64,000 bases of DNA from a virus, in the IMG/VR virus record IMGVR_UViG_3300037258_000279, positions 1-64,000 of that record; one strand, given 5' to 3'. Of this stretch, positions 29,069 through 38,999 are shown piece by piece. Made by a program: the position numbers and the translations under genes. Position 1 is the first letter of the stretch; every line of letters starts with the position of its first letter. The notes beneath the pieces are model-generated. The model saw nothing but the letters and a program-made list of their open reading frames with translations, did no database searches and was not told the origin of the DNA.

Positions 29069-29403
29069 CGGGATAATCCTTGGGTGCGGCCCTGCATGCG
29101 CTGGTGCAGCGGCGTCGGCTTGCGGCCGCGTTTCGGAGGTTGAGGATGGGGATGGTTATTCATGCCGCGCTCGAGCTGGTCGAGCACATCGAGCGAAGCG
29201 CGGAAATTCCGCGACTTGATGCCGCCGTTGCGACGTAGATAAAGAGAGTCCGAAAAGCCGCAGATATTCGCCATGGCGCTGATGGAAAGCCCATGCTTCT
29301 CCATGTAGACTTGCGCCCGCGCGATCACGCGCTGCGCGGCGTCAGAGATTGTTTCGGTGGGCTTCAGACGCGATATCTTCGGTTTGGCCGGACGGACTGG
29401 CAT
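29065..29403 (-). CDS. Cro-like HTH regulator
   Basis: GLSISAMANICGFS; first gene of the leftward replication operon. Confidence 0.6.
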   Translation of the reverse strand: MPVRPAKPKISRLKPTETISDAAQRVIARAQVYMEKHGLSISAMANICGFSDSLYLRRNGGIKSRNFRASLDVLDQLERGMNNHPHPQPPKRGRKPTPLHQRMQGRTQGLSR

Positions 29404-29530
29404 TGAGCCGTGAATTTAGCCTTATGCGATCCAAACTCAAGGAAATAATGTCTTGAAATAGAGACTTGAAACCCGCGGCGAAATGCGCGATATATTTTCC
29501 TCGTAATTCCCATCCCAAGGGATCACCGCC

Positions 29531-29692
29531 ATGTCATCCTATCTCGACCGGTCGACGCACAGTCTCGAGCAGCACCTGGAAGCCCTAACCAAGCGGCTGA
29601 AGACGCTCCCGCTCACCCATCCCGAGCGCGCGGATCTTACCCGGCAAATCGTGCAGACCGAAGACGCGCTCGCGGCGCGGGTGTCCCTCTGA
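29531..29692 (+). CDS. small hypothetical protein (53 aa, not in ORF track)
   Basis: MSSYLDRSTHSLEQHLEAL..; AAGGGA RBS; TGATG coupling. Confidence 0.6.
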   Translation: MSSYLDRSTHSLEQHLEALTKRLKTLPLTHPERADLTRQIVQTEDALAARVSL

Positions 29693-29970
29693 TGGGGGCG
29701 CTCCGGGTCAAGATCGTCGGCGCCAAGCACCACGAGGGCGCCGAGGCGCTGATCGGGACGCTGATGCCGGGAACGCCGATCACCCTGGTGCGCGAACCCA
29801 CGAACCCTTACGACAAAAGCTGCGTTGCCGTGCATATCGATGGCAGCATGGCGGGCTATGTGCCGCGTTACCGCAATCGCGACCTCGCCATCGCGCTGGA
29901 CACCGGCCGCGACGTGACGGCGGAAGCCACGGAAATCCCGGGCGAAATTCTGGTCAACTGGAAGGATTGA
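29692..29970 (+). CDS. HIRAN domain protein
   Basis: IVG..H, LVREPTNPYD...VAV, GYVPR. Confidence 0.88.
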   Translation: MGALRVKIVGAKHHEGAEALIGTLMPGTPITLVREPTNPYDKSCVAVHIDGSMAGYVPRYRNRDLAIALDTGRDVTAEATEIPGEILVNWKD

Positions 29971-30377
29971 AGATGACGACTCGAGTCGACGAATTACGGG
30001 CGGTTCTGACTTCCCGTGCAGCCGAAACCCAAGGCGACGTGACGGCAGCGCGCGGAAGACTAGCGGAGGCCGAGCGGGAAGCGCTTGTCTCCATTGCGGC
30101 GCTCAATGCCCATGACGCGGCCGTGGCGGCGATGGGCAGCGGAACTATGCCGAGTACCCAGGCTGGTGCTGCCCTGCCTGGCCGCGCACCGCGGCGCAGC
30201 ATGCCGGACGAGATCGAAAAGACCTTGCGCGCCTCGCCGACGCCGATGACGGTGAGCGACCTCGTCAAAGCGATCGATGGCTTGCGCGTCGCGCCGGCGA
30301 CCGCGGCCCTGACCAAGTTGCACAGTGAGGGCAAGGCCGTGGAGCGCGACAGCCGCTGGACGGTCCCGGCCGGCTGA
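29967..30377 (+). CDS. coiled-coil plus winged-helix protein
   Basis: 136 aa, PMTVSDLV..ALTKL..EGK. Confidence 0.6.
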   Translation: MKMTTRVDELRAVLTSRAAETQGDVTAARGRLAEAEREALVSIAALNAHDAAVAAMGSGTMPSTQAGAALPGRAPRRSMPDEIEKTLRASPTPMTVSDLVKAIDGLRVAPATAALTKLHSEGKAVERDSRWTVPAG

Positions 30378-30381
30378 TCCC

Positions 30382-30855
30382 ATGCCAGGAAGATACGCCC
30401 AGGAAACAACAGTCTCGTCGGAGCGGTCACGAGCGGAGATCGAAACCGTCCTGCGCAAGTATGGTGCAGGCGGCTTTCTCTCCGGCTACGACGAGAATCG
30501 CGCGTTCATTGCCTTTAAGATGGCAGACCGGCAAGTCAAGTTCTTCATGGATCTTCCGTCGCCAGCCGAAGCGCGTTTTACACACACGGCATCGAGGGGC
30601 AAACGCCGCAGTGCAGAAGATGTGCATCGAGGGTGGGAGCAAGCGTGCCGTCAGCAATGGCGCGCGCTGGCGCTCGTCATCAAAGCCAAGCTCGAGGCCG
30701 TGGCTGCCGGAATCACCATCTTCGAGGACGAATTCCTGGCACATATCGTTCTGCCCGATGGCAAGACGATAGCCGATCATGTGCGTCCTGCCCTCGTACG
30801 CGCATATGATTCGGGAAAAGTACCGCCGCTTTTGCCTAATTACAGTGACAAATGA
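30382..30855 (+). CDS. conserved phage protein
   Basis: YA..TTV..ERSRAEIE..L.KYGA; WRAL.LVIKAKLEAV..GI..FEDEFL. Confidence 0.8.
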   Translation: MPGRYAQETTVSSERSRAEIETVLRKYGAGGFLSGYDENRAFIAFKMADRQVKFFMDLPSPAEARFTHTASRGKRRSAEDVHRGWEQACRQQWRALALVIKAKLEAVAAGITIFEDEFLAHIVLPDGKTIADHVRPALVRAYDSGKVPPLLPNYSDK

Positions 30856-31238
30856 CTAGGCAGCCCTACGTCGCGCCGACGGCACTGGCCAGCATCGATA
30901 TCACCGCGCCACCGGTGGGATGGTGGATGGTGCGCCTGTCATCGCAGGGAGCCGAGGTGCCGGCGTGCTGCTTCTGGTGCGACTACGAACCTGGCGAGCC
31001 GGAAAACAAACTCGATCGAAAACCGTATCTGGTGGCGGCGATCGCCGGTACGGAGGTCGATCCGCTCGAGTTCCGGTATATCGGCCGACCGATCGCGCAA
31101 GAAGAATATGACAAGGCATTGCAACGCCTGCGCTGGCTGCAAGATCACCAGCCCGATCACCCGGCATGCAATCCCTACAAGCCGGTCGACGTCGCGAGCC
31201 TTCCCCTTCCAACTTTTCCAACGGACGCCGATCTATGA
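30852..31238 (+). CDS. hypothetical protein
   Basis: 128 aa, coupled on both sides. Confidence 0.7.
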   Translation: MTRQPYVAPTALASIDITAPPVGWWMVRLSSQGAEVPACCFWCDYEPGEPENKLDRKPYLVAAIAGTEVDPLEFRYIGRPIAQEEYDKALQRLRWLQDHQPDHPACNPYKPVDVASLPLPTFPTDADL

Positions 31239-32059
31239 CCGAAGATAACCAACTCGTAACCGACGAGACGCCCGGCATCGGCCACAATCAAGGTCCCGAG
31301 TTTCTTGAGGTGATCGACCTGCCGACACTCCTGGCGGACCTGCGCGAGGACCGCGCCCGCGGCGATGATCTGGTCGCGACCTTCAACAAGGCGCTGATCG
31401 TCGATGGCCCGACCGCGACTAGCGCCACCCAGCTTGCCGCGCAGATCAAGGAACATGGCGAAAAGGTCGATGCTCGGCGCGTCGATCGCAAGAAACCCTT
31501 TCTCGAGCAGGAGCGCCTGATCGACGAGCAATACGGCTCGATCATCAAGCCGCTGGAAACCGCCTATGCGGCGTTGCGCAAGATGCTCAACACCTTCATC
31601 CAGCGCCAGGCGGCGGAAGCGGCAGCCGAGAAGGCCAGGGCGCTGGAAGAACAGCGCCAACGCCAGATCGATGCTGACCGTCTCCGCGAGGCGGCCGAGA
31701 AGGCAGCCGCCAACCCGGCCGGCGATACGGCGCGGCTTCAAGCGCTGAGAGCTCAAGAGGATGCCGACAGCGCCGCGCGGCGGGCCGAGGCGATCCGTCC
31801 GGAGCCCATCCGCAGCGATGCGGGTTCGGTCGGTAGCGTGCGTGTCAGGCAGTTCGAGATCACCGACCCCAAGGTCCTCCTTGCGGCGCTCTTCAAGACC
31901 GAGCGCGCGGCGTTGCTCGAAGCGATTGAGCCCATCGTCAAACGCAAACTGGATGGTTTTTCGTTCGAGAATATCGAGAAAAACCAGGGCGGCGCGCTTG
32001 ATGGGTTGCCGGGCGTTCGCGCTTGGGTTGGTGCGCGCGCGGCGGTGCGCAGGCGTTAG
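31235..32059 (+). CDS. coiled-coil phage recombination-module protein
   Basis: start MTEDNQ; GIGHN, R...KKPFL...ID, LPGVR. Confidence 0.75.
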   Translation: MTEDNQLVTDETPGIGHNQGPEFLEVIDLPTLLADLREDRARGDDLVATFNKALIVDGPTATSATQLAAQIKEHGEKVDARRVDRKKPFLEQERLIDEQYGSIIKPLETAYAALRKMLNTFIQRQAAEAAAEKARALEEQRQRQIDADRLREAAEKAAANPAGDTARLQALRAQEDADSAARRAEAIRPEPIRSDAGSVGSVRVRQFEITDPKVLLAALFKTERAALLEAIEPIVKRKLDGFSFENIEKNQGGALDGLPGVRAWVGARAAVRRR

Positions 32060-32347
32060 ATGCTTGAATCGCGCGAAATCACCGTGGCCCAGGCATTGGA
32101 GCTTCACGCCGAAGCCGCCGAGAGCGGAATCTTGCTCTTGTGGACCGTCACCGACGGCACCAAGGACTATGGCGATCAGTATGTGGCTCGGCCGCATCAG
32201 ATCAACAAAGAGCGCTTTGGCCCCGCGCATATTCATCTGATCGCCGATTCGCTTGAGAACCTGCGCCTAAAACTGCGCGCGTTGCATCTGGTTCGCCTCG
32301 ATCGCCATGTCAAAGACGAGCCGATCATCGTCGAGGTCTGGCTATGA
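32060..32347 (+). CDS. hypothetical protein
   Basis: KDY..YVAR..DEPIIVEVWL. Confidence 0.7.
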   Translation: MLESREITVAQALELHAEAAESGILLLWTVTDGTKDYGDQYVARPHQINKERFGPAHIHLIADSLENLRLKLRALHLVRLDRHVKDEPIIVEVWL

Positions 32348-32414
32348 ACGATTTGCCGGCGACGTCCTGTGTCTTCTGCATGCTTATCCGGTTGACATCC
32401 ATGAGTGCTAAATC

Positions 32415-32951
32415 TTGATCGTCGCCGCGCACCGCTTCGATAACGCCAAGCGCCGCCGCTCGGACGGTCATGCCCGCAATGCGATGCTCACGCCGGGCTA
32501 TGTGCTTGAACCGATCCGGCTGTTACTTGGCGGTATTGGCCTCGATCCATGTACCGAACCGGATAACCCGACCGGCGCGGATGAGTTTTACGCGCTTCCG
32601 CAGGACGGCGCGACGCTTCCGTGGTCGCAGCCGACCGTATTCTGTAATCCACCTTACGGCGAGGCGCGCAACCGCTGGGTAGACCGCTGTATTAGCGAGG
32701 GAAAATTGCGTGGCGTGGTACTTTTGATCCCATCGCATACCGAAACGAAGATATTCCAAGTAGCCCTTCGTGCTTGTCGCTCAGTTGTTTTTGTGAGCGC
32801 CCGTTTGCGGTTTGGCGTCTTGCGAGAAAATCGCCGACAAGAAGCGGCGTCACACGGATCGGCCATCTTTGGCTTTGGTGTGGACGTTTCGCCGCTCGGC
32901 AATCTTGGCACACCGATGGTCGTCCCAATGAATGGTAGCGATGGGCGCTAA
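32415..32951 (+). CDS. phage Dam-like N6-adenine methyltransferase
   Basis: TP, LDPC, DG..LPW, VFCNPPYG, LIPSHTET, RLRF. Confidence 0.85.
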   Translation: MIVAAHRFDNAKRRRSDGHARNAMLTPGYVLEPIRLLLGGIGLDPCTEPDNPTGADEFYALPQDGATLPWSQPTVFCNPPYGEARNRWVDRCISEGKLRGVVLLIPSHTETKIFQVALRACRSVVFVSARLRFGVLRENRRQEAASHGSAIFGFGVDVSPLGNLGTPMVVPMNGSDGR

Positions 32952-33017
32952 CCGGATAAGCATGATCTTCTGTAATCACTGGCATCATATCGAACGCGGC
33001 AACTTTGCGAGGAAACC

Positions 33018-34499
33018 ATGAACGACACGGAAACCAACCAGAACCAGCAAGTCGCGGCCACATCGGAGCCGCGCGGCAACGCCATGGAGGCGTTCCGTGA
33101 ACAACTTGTACGAGTCGAACAGCAATTCGCTAGCGTGCTTCCAAGCACGGTGTCGATGGCCAAGTTCAAGGCGGTCCTTATGTCGGCCGTCAACCAGAAC
33201 CCGGACCTGATCTTTTGCGATCGCCGCTCATTTTGGAGCTCATCCGTCAAATGCGCCGCTGACGGCTTAGTGCCCGATGGCCGCGAGGCAGTCCTTCTAC
33301 CATTCAAGTCGAGGGTCAAGCGCCGCGATCCGGTTACGGGCATCGACCGGGAAATTTGGGTCGATCTCGTGACCTATATCCCCATGATCGCCGGCGTCCG
33401 AAAGCGCATGCGCAACAGCGGCGAGGTCAACTCGGCTGTTGCTGAAGTCGTCTTTCGTGGCGACAAGTTCAAGTATCGTCTCGGTGACGACGCCTTCATC
33501 GAGCATGAGCCGCCGCCCTTGGATCAGGACCGCGGCGATGCCGTGGGTGCCTATGCCGTCATCCGGCTTTCCAACGGCGAAGTGATTCGCGAGGTCATGT
33601 CGTTCAAGGAGATCGAGCGTATCCGCCTGTCGAGCAAAGCCAAGGACGGCCCCGCGTGGAAGAACCATTGGGGCGAGATGGCGCGCAAGACCGTGATGAA
33701 GCGCGCGTCGAAGTCGGCGCCGATGTCCGCAGACCTTAACCGCCTGATGAGCCGCGAAGACGAGCCTGCGGAGATCCCGGACGACGCTCCGCATACGGTC
33801 GGCGATCAAGACGAGACAAGGATGCTGGCGACCGGCAATGGCGAGCCTATCCCGAACGACGATCGGCCGGTCTACGAGGTGACGTCATGCGACGGCGAGG
33901 TGATCGGGTTCCGCACGATCAAGACGGCCGAGGATGCCCTCGTCATCGTGGCTGAAGAAGCCGGGCGCCAGGGGATCGACATCCTGCGCGGCATGCTCGA
34001 GAGCAATCAAGCCGTGATCGCCCAGATCCACGCCACGGACGCCGGCGCCGCGAACCGCATCGCTGCCGCATTCAACGAGCAGCGTGTCCGCATCGAAGGC
34101 ACGGCCCAGGCGCAGAAAACCGACGCACCGCAACAGCAGGAAAGCCGCTCAGCATCGGCGGCGCCGGTCCAGCAGGCCACCGTGGCGCAGTCCGAACAGA
34201 CGCGCGGCACGCCCCCGCCGGCCGGCACGGCGGCGGAGAGCGTGTCCTGGTTCGACAACACGCAGCAGGGTGATTTGCTACTCGGGGTTCCCCAGCGCGG
34301 CGGCAAGCCCGACTACCGCTCGTGGATGGTGGCGCTGTTCATGCCGCGGCTGAGACAAGCCGTCACGGCCGATCACATCACCTATCTGATGGGCGACAAC
34401 GAGAAGAACTTGTCGGACTGGCGCATGCAGGCGACGGAGCAGCAACGTCGCGAATTCGACGATCTCCTGCTGATCGAGCAGCGCCGCGTCAAAAGATAA
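33018..34499 (+). CDS. recT: RecT-family single-strand annealing protein with long C-terminal extension
   Basis: CAADGLVPDGREAVL, GAYAVI, PAWKNHWGEMARKTV. Confidence 0.9.
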   Translation: MNDTETNQNQQVAATSEPRGNAMEAFREQLVRVEQQFASVLPSTVSMAKFKAVLMSAVNQNPDLIFCDRRSFWSSSVKCAADGLVPDGREAVLLPFKSRVKRRDPVTGIDREIWVDLVTYIPMIAGVRKRMRNSGEVNSAVAEVVFRGDKFKYRLGDDAFIEHEPPPLDQDRGDAVGAYAVIRLSNGEVIREVMSFKEIERIRLSSKAKDGPAWKNHWGEMARKTVMKRASKSAPMSADLNRLMSREDEPAEIPDDAPHTVGDQDETRMLATGNGEPIPNDDRPVYEVTSCDGEVIGFRTIKTAEDALVIVAEEAGRQGIDILRGMLESNQAVIAQIHATDAGAANRIAAAFNEQRVRIEGTAQAQKTDAPQQQESRSASAAPVQQATVAQSEQTRGTPPPAGTAAESVSWFDNTQQGDLLLGVPQRGGKPDYRSWMVALFMPRLRQAVTADHITYLMGDNEKNLSDWRMQATEQQRREFDDLLLIEQRRVKR

Positions 34500-34546
34500 G
34501 ATGATCCCACGCGTCGAGCCCTGCCAGCGTTACTGAAAGGGAAGAA

Positions 34547-34894
34547 GTGATGGCTGATGTACCGGAGGCGCTGCGAGACGCGGTGCGGGAAGCGTTAGAC
34601 GCCGCGCTCGTTGAGGAAGGCGACGTAAAAGCCTGTGTCGAAATAGGTTGGAACGCCGCGCTCAACGCGATGGCGGCTTGGAATCTAAGTCAGGCAGCCC
34701 CGCTCTCCGCACGCAAAAAAAAACCGCTAGCCCCGCCGAGCGCTGCGGAGCGCCTGCGTATATACGCGGAAAAATTCGGGCTTCGGGACACTTTGCATAT
34801 GGCTAAGATCGTCAGTGGGGACGCTCTTTTCGTAGAGTTTTCGCCCATTCTCCGTAAGCAGTTGAGGCTCATGAAGGTAAAGCCAAAACATTAG
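34547..34894 (+). CDS. hypothetical protein
   Basis: 115 aa. Confidence 0.5.
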   Translation: MMADVPEALRDAVREALDAALVEEGDVKACVEIGWNAALNAMAAWNLSQAAPLSARKKKPLAPPSAAERLRIYAEKFGLRDTLHMAKIVSGDALFVEFSPILRKQLRLMKVKPKH

Positions 34895-35125
34895 TGCCGC
34901 TTCCTCATCGCTAGTCTTGTCGCCAATGCCTTCCAGCGCCACCAGGCAGCTACGACTTTGGCACTGCTGTGCGGCCCACGTCTTATGCATGAGGATAGAT
35001 TCTTTAGCTACGCAACGAGCGCCGCGCCACTCGGGGGATGGATAGCCGGGCTACTGATCACGTCAGGATATGAAGACGGATTTTCCTTTGCCCTCGACAA
35101 TGACTGCTCTCGAAAGGACTGAACG

Positions 35126-35365
35126 ATGCCTCTTGATGATACGATTGGACTGCTCGACCCCAAGGTGAAGCCCGAAGTTTTCAGCGTCGAAGGGCTGCGA
35201 GATTGGCCGCAGACAATGCCGCCAAATGATTATTACGATTTCCTCGACCCCCAAGGCAAATGTCTATTCGGGCTTTTTTACGTCGAGCACGCCTGGACTT
35301 TCGGCGCTGCCCTTGCTCGTTGCGAGGCATATCTCTCGACTACCAGCGGCGACGGAAGGGATTGA
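35126..35365 (+). CDS. hypothetical protein
   Basis: 79 aa, AAGGA RBS. Confidence 0.55.
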   Translation: MPLDDTIGLLDPKVKPEVFSVEGLRDWPQTMPPNDYYDFLDPQGKCLFGLFYVEHAWTFGAALARCEAYLSTTSGDGRD

Positions 35366-35469
35366 ATGACCACCCTTCGCTTCCTCGCTCGTCTCGTCTT
35401 GTCGCCGGTTCTGGTGTGGCCATGGCTCAAGGGCGTGGCGCGCGACTACAGGCTCGATCCGCATGGGTG

Positions 35470-35498
35470 AAACAAAAAGGCCGCCCCGAAGGACGGCC
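35470..35498 (-). terminator. intrinsic terminator at the convergence point
   Basis: minus strand GGCCGTCC-TTCG-GGGCGGCC-TTTTTGTTT. Confidence 0.7.
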
Positions 35499-35532
35499 TG
35501 AGTTTGCGCGCCAGAGGTCAATCAGGCGCGGG

Positions 35533-36414
35533 TTACGCTAGAACGGCTCTTGCTCGATCCAGATTTTCCGACGCCGCCATCGTCACGGCCGCAGTTTGAA
35601 TAGCGGCAATGTTCTCAGCGCTCGCATCATCGAAGTCAGAATCAACGCCAGGCGGCAACGTGATGGTGACGCGCTCGACCGCGGCGTTCGGCGACTCGGA
35701 CGCCAGGCGCTCGACCGGGCTGACCTGGAACGCCATCATTGCCGATACGATGTTCGGCAGTACGCCGATGAACCCATCATCTCTCAGTGAAATCGGCTTG
35801 GTGCGCTGGCCGGTCCCGAGGGATAACACCGCCAATTCGTCGCCGGGCCAAAGATGCCGAGCGTCAAGGATCGCGGCCAGCGTCGGGTTGTTAAGGCCCA
35901 TGCCGCCGTCCCAACAGTCAAACTGCTCGCCGGCGGCGCTCTTAATGGAGGCGTGGGGGAAGTAGGTCGGCGCCGCGCTGGTGGCTCGCGCCACGTCCTT
36001 TAGGGCGAAGTCGTGGGACGGCTTGGCCTTCGCGACCCAGGACTTAAAGAACATGACCGATACGGTGCCCAAGACGCACGTTGGCACGAGCAAGTTGGTA
36101 CTGGCGCTGCTCAGCATGGCATCGCCGAAAGTCTGCGCCAGGAACGCTTCCAGAGGTTCGGCGCTGTAGCGCGCATCGAAGGGGCGCAGCACGTCGCGCT
36201 GTAGGCTCTTGGCGAAGATCGTGCCCCCGTCCTGCACCAGCATGTTCTCGATCGCGGCGGCCGCTACCCCATGGGCGAGCCCGCACGCGATGATGCCGCC
36301 GATCGAGGTGCCGGACACCAAATCCCAATCGACGGGACCGAGCGCAGCCAAAAAATGCGCCGGCAGGATGCCGAAGATCCCGCCACCATCGATCGAGAGA
36401 ATCCGGCGCTTCAT
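35533..36414 (-). CDS. patatin-like phospholipase
   Basis: ILSIDGGG, GTSIG nucleophile, ATSAAPTYF, DGG..NNP, SLGTG. Confidence 0.92.
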   Translation of the reverse strand: MKRRILSIDGGGIFGILPAHFLAALGPVDWDLVSGTSIGGIIACGLAHGVAAAAIENMLVQDGGTIFAKSLQRDVLRPFDARYSAEPLEAFLAQTFGDAMLSSASTNLLVPTCVLGTVSVMFFKSWVAKAKPSHDFALKDVARATSAAPTYFPHASIKSAAGEQFDCWDGGMGLNNPTLAAILDARHLWPGDELAVLSLGTGQRTKPISLRDDGFIGVLPNIVSAMMAFQVSPVERLASESPNAAVERVTITLPPGVDSDFDDASAENIAAIQTAAVTMAASENLDRARAVLA

Positions 36415-36439
36415 CTTCAAGCTTCCGGTCGTCTTAAAC

Positions 36440-36988
36440 TCACGGAATCTTTGCCAGCGCGCTCATCAGCGATGTCAGGTCGGCGACCGTCCGAACCTGA
36501 TCCATCTGCACGTCGGCGATCAGCGGTCCGCATCCGTTGGCGAAAGTGGTACGCATCGCTGGCGTGATTACGCCGGCTTTGATCGTATCCGCCGCGTTGA
36601 GCGCGGCCTTGGCGATCAAGCGGGCCTCTTCGGCCTTATAGGCGAGCCCCGGTGTCACGCCGGCGGGAAGAGTCGGCTGGACGATGATCGGTGTCGGAAT
36701 GATCGGCGTGAACGAACTGACGATCGAATAGAGCGCCGCCGAGCAGTTATAAGACTGAGTGTCCTTATTCGCTGTCGCCAGCGCTTCCGTGGCGAGCAAG
36801 TCGGACGAAGAATATCCGACCAAGCCAGTGCCAGCCGAGCCTGGCGTTGCGGCAACGGCGGCCGTTGTCGTGGTGACGCCGTTCACGGTGGTGGTACTGG
36901 CCGGGGTGCCGGCTGTTGGCAGTGTCGCTGGCGTGCCGCAAGCGGCGAGCACAAGCAACACGATGAGCGCGGGGTAACGGTGTTTCAC
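36440..36988 (-). CDS. lipoprotein (possible spanin-like role)
   Basis: lipobox LAAC after a hydrophobic signal. Confidence 0.7.
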   Translation of the reverse strand: MKHRYPALIVLLVLAACGTPATLPTAGTPASTTTVNGVTTTTAAVAATPGSAGTGLVGYSSSDLLATEALATANKDTQSYNCSAALYSIVSSFTPIIPTPIIVQPTLPAGVTPGLAYKAEEARLIAKAALNAADTIKAGVITPAMRTTFANGCGPLIADVQMDQVRTVADLTSLMSALAKIP

Positions 36989-37011
36989 GTGTGCCTCCTT
37001 TTATGCCGAAT

Positions 37012-37221
37012 TTATGCCGCGCTGGCCGCGACGTCGTCGTACAGCTTCTCGCCGTCGGCAACGTCTTTTTCGACCACGGCGATGTCGTCCGCCGTGACGA
37101 CCGGCATCTGCCCGGCCTTGAGCGACGCGACCCACGCCTTGATGATCGGAACGGACTTGGCGAAATCGGGAATATCACCCGATGCGTCGCCGGCGAATTT
37201 GATGAGTTGTGCAGCGTTCAC
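37012..37221 (-). CDS. hypothetical protein
   Basis: 69 aa, AAGGAG RBS. Confidence 0.65.
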   Translation of the reverse strand: MNAAQLIKFAGDASGDIPDFAKSVPIIKAWVASLKAGQMPVVTADDIAVVEKDVADGEKLYDDVAASAA

Positions 37222-37265
37222 GGCTTGCTCCTTGACTGTCTTATTGGAATTGAGACAAGTAAATC

Positions 37266-37714
37266 CTATACCATAGGTGGTGCTGGCACGCCCCCGTTTT
37301 TGTTCAATTCAATCACTTGCGCGAGCGCGGCAGTATGGACGTCGTCCGGCACCGCAGCGATTGCCGCGTGGGTCAGTTGATCGGGAGCGACGCCAGCGCG
37401 CTCAGCGGCTACGGCAACACGGGTGGCGGCAGCCCCTTCGTTCTTGACCTCAACGACCTGCTGTTCAGTCTTCTGTGCGGCCCAGCGCTGCATCAGACGC
37501 GACAGCACGACGCCCGCGATTCCGAATGCACCGATCGCTGCTGGTTCGGCAGCCCAATGCCACGCATTTAGGGTTGTCGCGTTGACCCCGAGGTGCGTTA
37601 GCGCGCTGAAGGCACCGCCCCACATAATGCGTGTGAGTTGCAGAATGATCGTTTCGCGATGATCGGCCGCCAGCTTCGTCAGCTTGCGCGCCCCAGACAA
37701 CATGATCGCTTTCA
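37266..37714 (-). CDS. holin-like membrane protein
   Basis: start near MKAIML; two hydrophobic segments. Confidence 0.5.
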
Positions 37715-37947
37715 TGCGGTCAGCCCGGCGTGTCGCGTGCCGAGATTCGGAATCGCCATCGGATCCGACTGCGCCAACCCCAATCCCCCAGCGGAAAGAC
37801 GAGCCGGTTAGCCTGGAAGGTTCCCCACCCAACCTCCCCGGCTCAAGTTTAGGGAGGAAACGCCTAGAAGACGTACAGCATGATCATCGGGCGACGACCA
37901 AGCCGCGAACAATTTATACCGGATTTTGCGGTCGCTTGCTAGCGTGA

Positions 37948-38493
37948 TTAGCGCTCGAGCTCGGCCGACCAGTAAAGCCAATCGCCGAACGATTCTTTGA
38001 CGTCATTCGGCAGCAGCTCGAGCCCGGCCCGCAGCAACTCGCTGTGGGTCGGCTGCCGCGGGAGCGATAGCGGCTTCATCAAGTCGCCGTCCCTCTTCGC
38101 CAGATTGCATGGCGAGCACGACGTCAGGATGTTGTCCCAGGTCGTCTTGCCACCCCTGGCGCGCGGGTTAAGGTGATCGAACGTCAGATCCTGGCGCTCG
38201 AACCGCTCGCCGCAATATTGGCACCGGTAGCGATCGCGCAGATAGACCGACGCGCGGCAGAACTTCGGCTTGCCATGCACCGGCGCGAACTCGCGCAGCA
38301 TCACGACCTTCGGCACAGTGATCGTGGTCGACGGCGAGCGCAGTGCTTCCGGTCATTCGTCGATCGCGACGACGCGGTCCATGTAGATGGCGTGTACGGC
38401 GTCCTCGGCCGACCAGATGCTCAAGGGCCAGGTCGAGAGAGGTCTGGCGTCCGAATTGAGGACGAGACAGCGTCTTTGTAGGCCGGCGTTCAT
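37948..38493 (-). pseudogene. McrA-like HNH endonuclease with one in-frame TGA (38353-38355)
   Basis: LVLNSDARPLS..AIDE*PEALRSPS..VPKVV..RDRYRCQYCG..TFDH..GGKTTWDN..CSPCN.K in one frame. Confidence 0.82.
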
Positions 38494-38519
38494 GTCGAAG
38501 GCGTCCTTGGTGATGATGA

Positions 38520-38594
38520 TGGAGCCGGCGGAGGGAATCGAACCCGTCGTTGGGACGTTACGAATGTCCTGTCCTGCCACTGAACGACGCCGGC
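38520..38594 (-). tRNA. tRNA-Thr(CGU)
   Basis: cloverleaf, encoded CCA, loop UUCGUAA. Confidence 0.85.
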
Positions 38595-38599
38595 GATGG

Positions 38600-38673
38600 T
38601 GGTGGGCCTGCTCGGAATTGAACCGAGATCAACGCCTTAAAAGGGCGCAGCTTGACCTTCCAGCTACAGACCC
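38600..38673 (-). tRNA. tRNA-Lys(UUU)
   Basis: loop CUUUUAA, CCA. Confidence 0.8.
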
Positions 38674-38677
38674 GAAT

Positions 38678-38754
38678 TGGTGCGTCGCCTCGGATTCGAA
38701 CCGAGACTTGCCGGGATTTGAAGCCGGTGCTTCTGCCAATTGAGCGAGCGACGC
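38678..38754 (-). tRNA. tRNA-Leu(CAA), short variable arm
   Basis: loop UUCAAAU, CCA. Confidence 0.78.
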
Positions 38755-38758
38755 GAAA

Positions 38759-38833
38759 TGGTGGTCCCGCAAGGAATCGAACCTTGATCCCGAGATTCGG
38801 ATTCTCGGATGCTATCCGTTGCACTACGGAACC
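38759..38833 (-). tRNA. tRNA-Arg(CCG)
   Basis: loop AUCCGAA, CCA. Confidence 0.85.
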
Positions 38834-38910
38834 GGCACCGGTGACAGGAGTCGAACCTGCATCGTCCAGTTATGCACCGACCGCTTAGAAGGCGAGGCCA
38901 ATACACCGGC
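38834..38910 (-). ncRNA. D-armless tRNA-like RNA with UCU anticodon loop
   Basis: acceptor GCCGGUG/CACCGGU, T-arm GCAGG-UUCGACU-CCUGU, loop CUUCUAA, 7-nt linker in place of D-arm, 19-nt variable region, ends GCC. Confidence 0.65.
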
Positions 38911-38918
38911 AAAAAGTC

Positions 38919-38995
38919 TGGCGCACCCGGAGGGATTCGAACCCCCAACCTCTCGATCCGTAGTCGAGCGCTCGGTCCAGTCGAGCTGCGGGTGC
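38919..38995 (-). tRNA. tRNA-Arg(ACG)
   Basis: loop CUACGGA, CCA. Confidence 0.9.
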
Positions 38996-38999
38996 AATC

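Noticed and set aside
22668-32951. Restriction-modification system
   Set aside because: Both methyltransferases are orphans with no adjacent restriction nuclease, which is ordinary for phages
35533-36414. CBASS CapV effector
   Set aside because: No CD-NTase or cap genes nearby; the context is late/lysis-like
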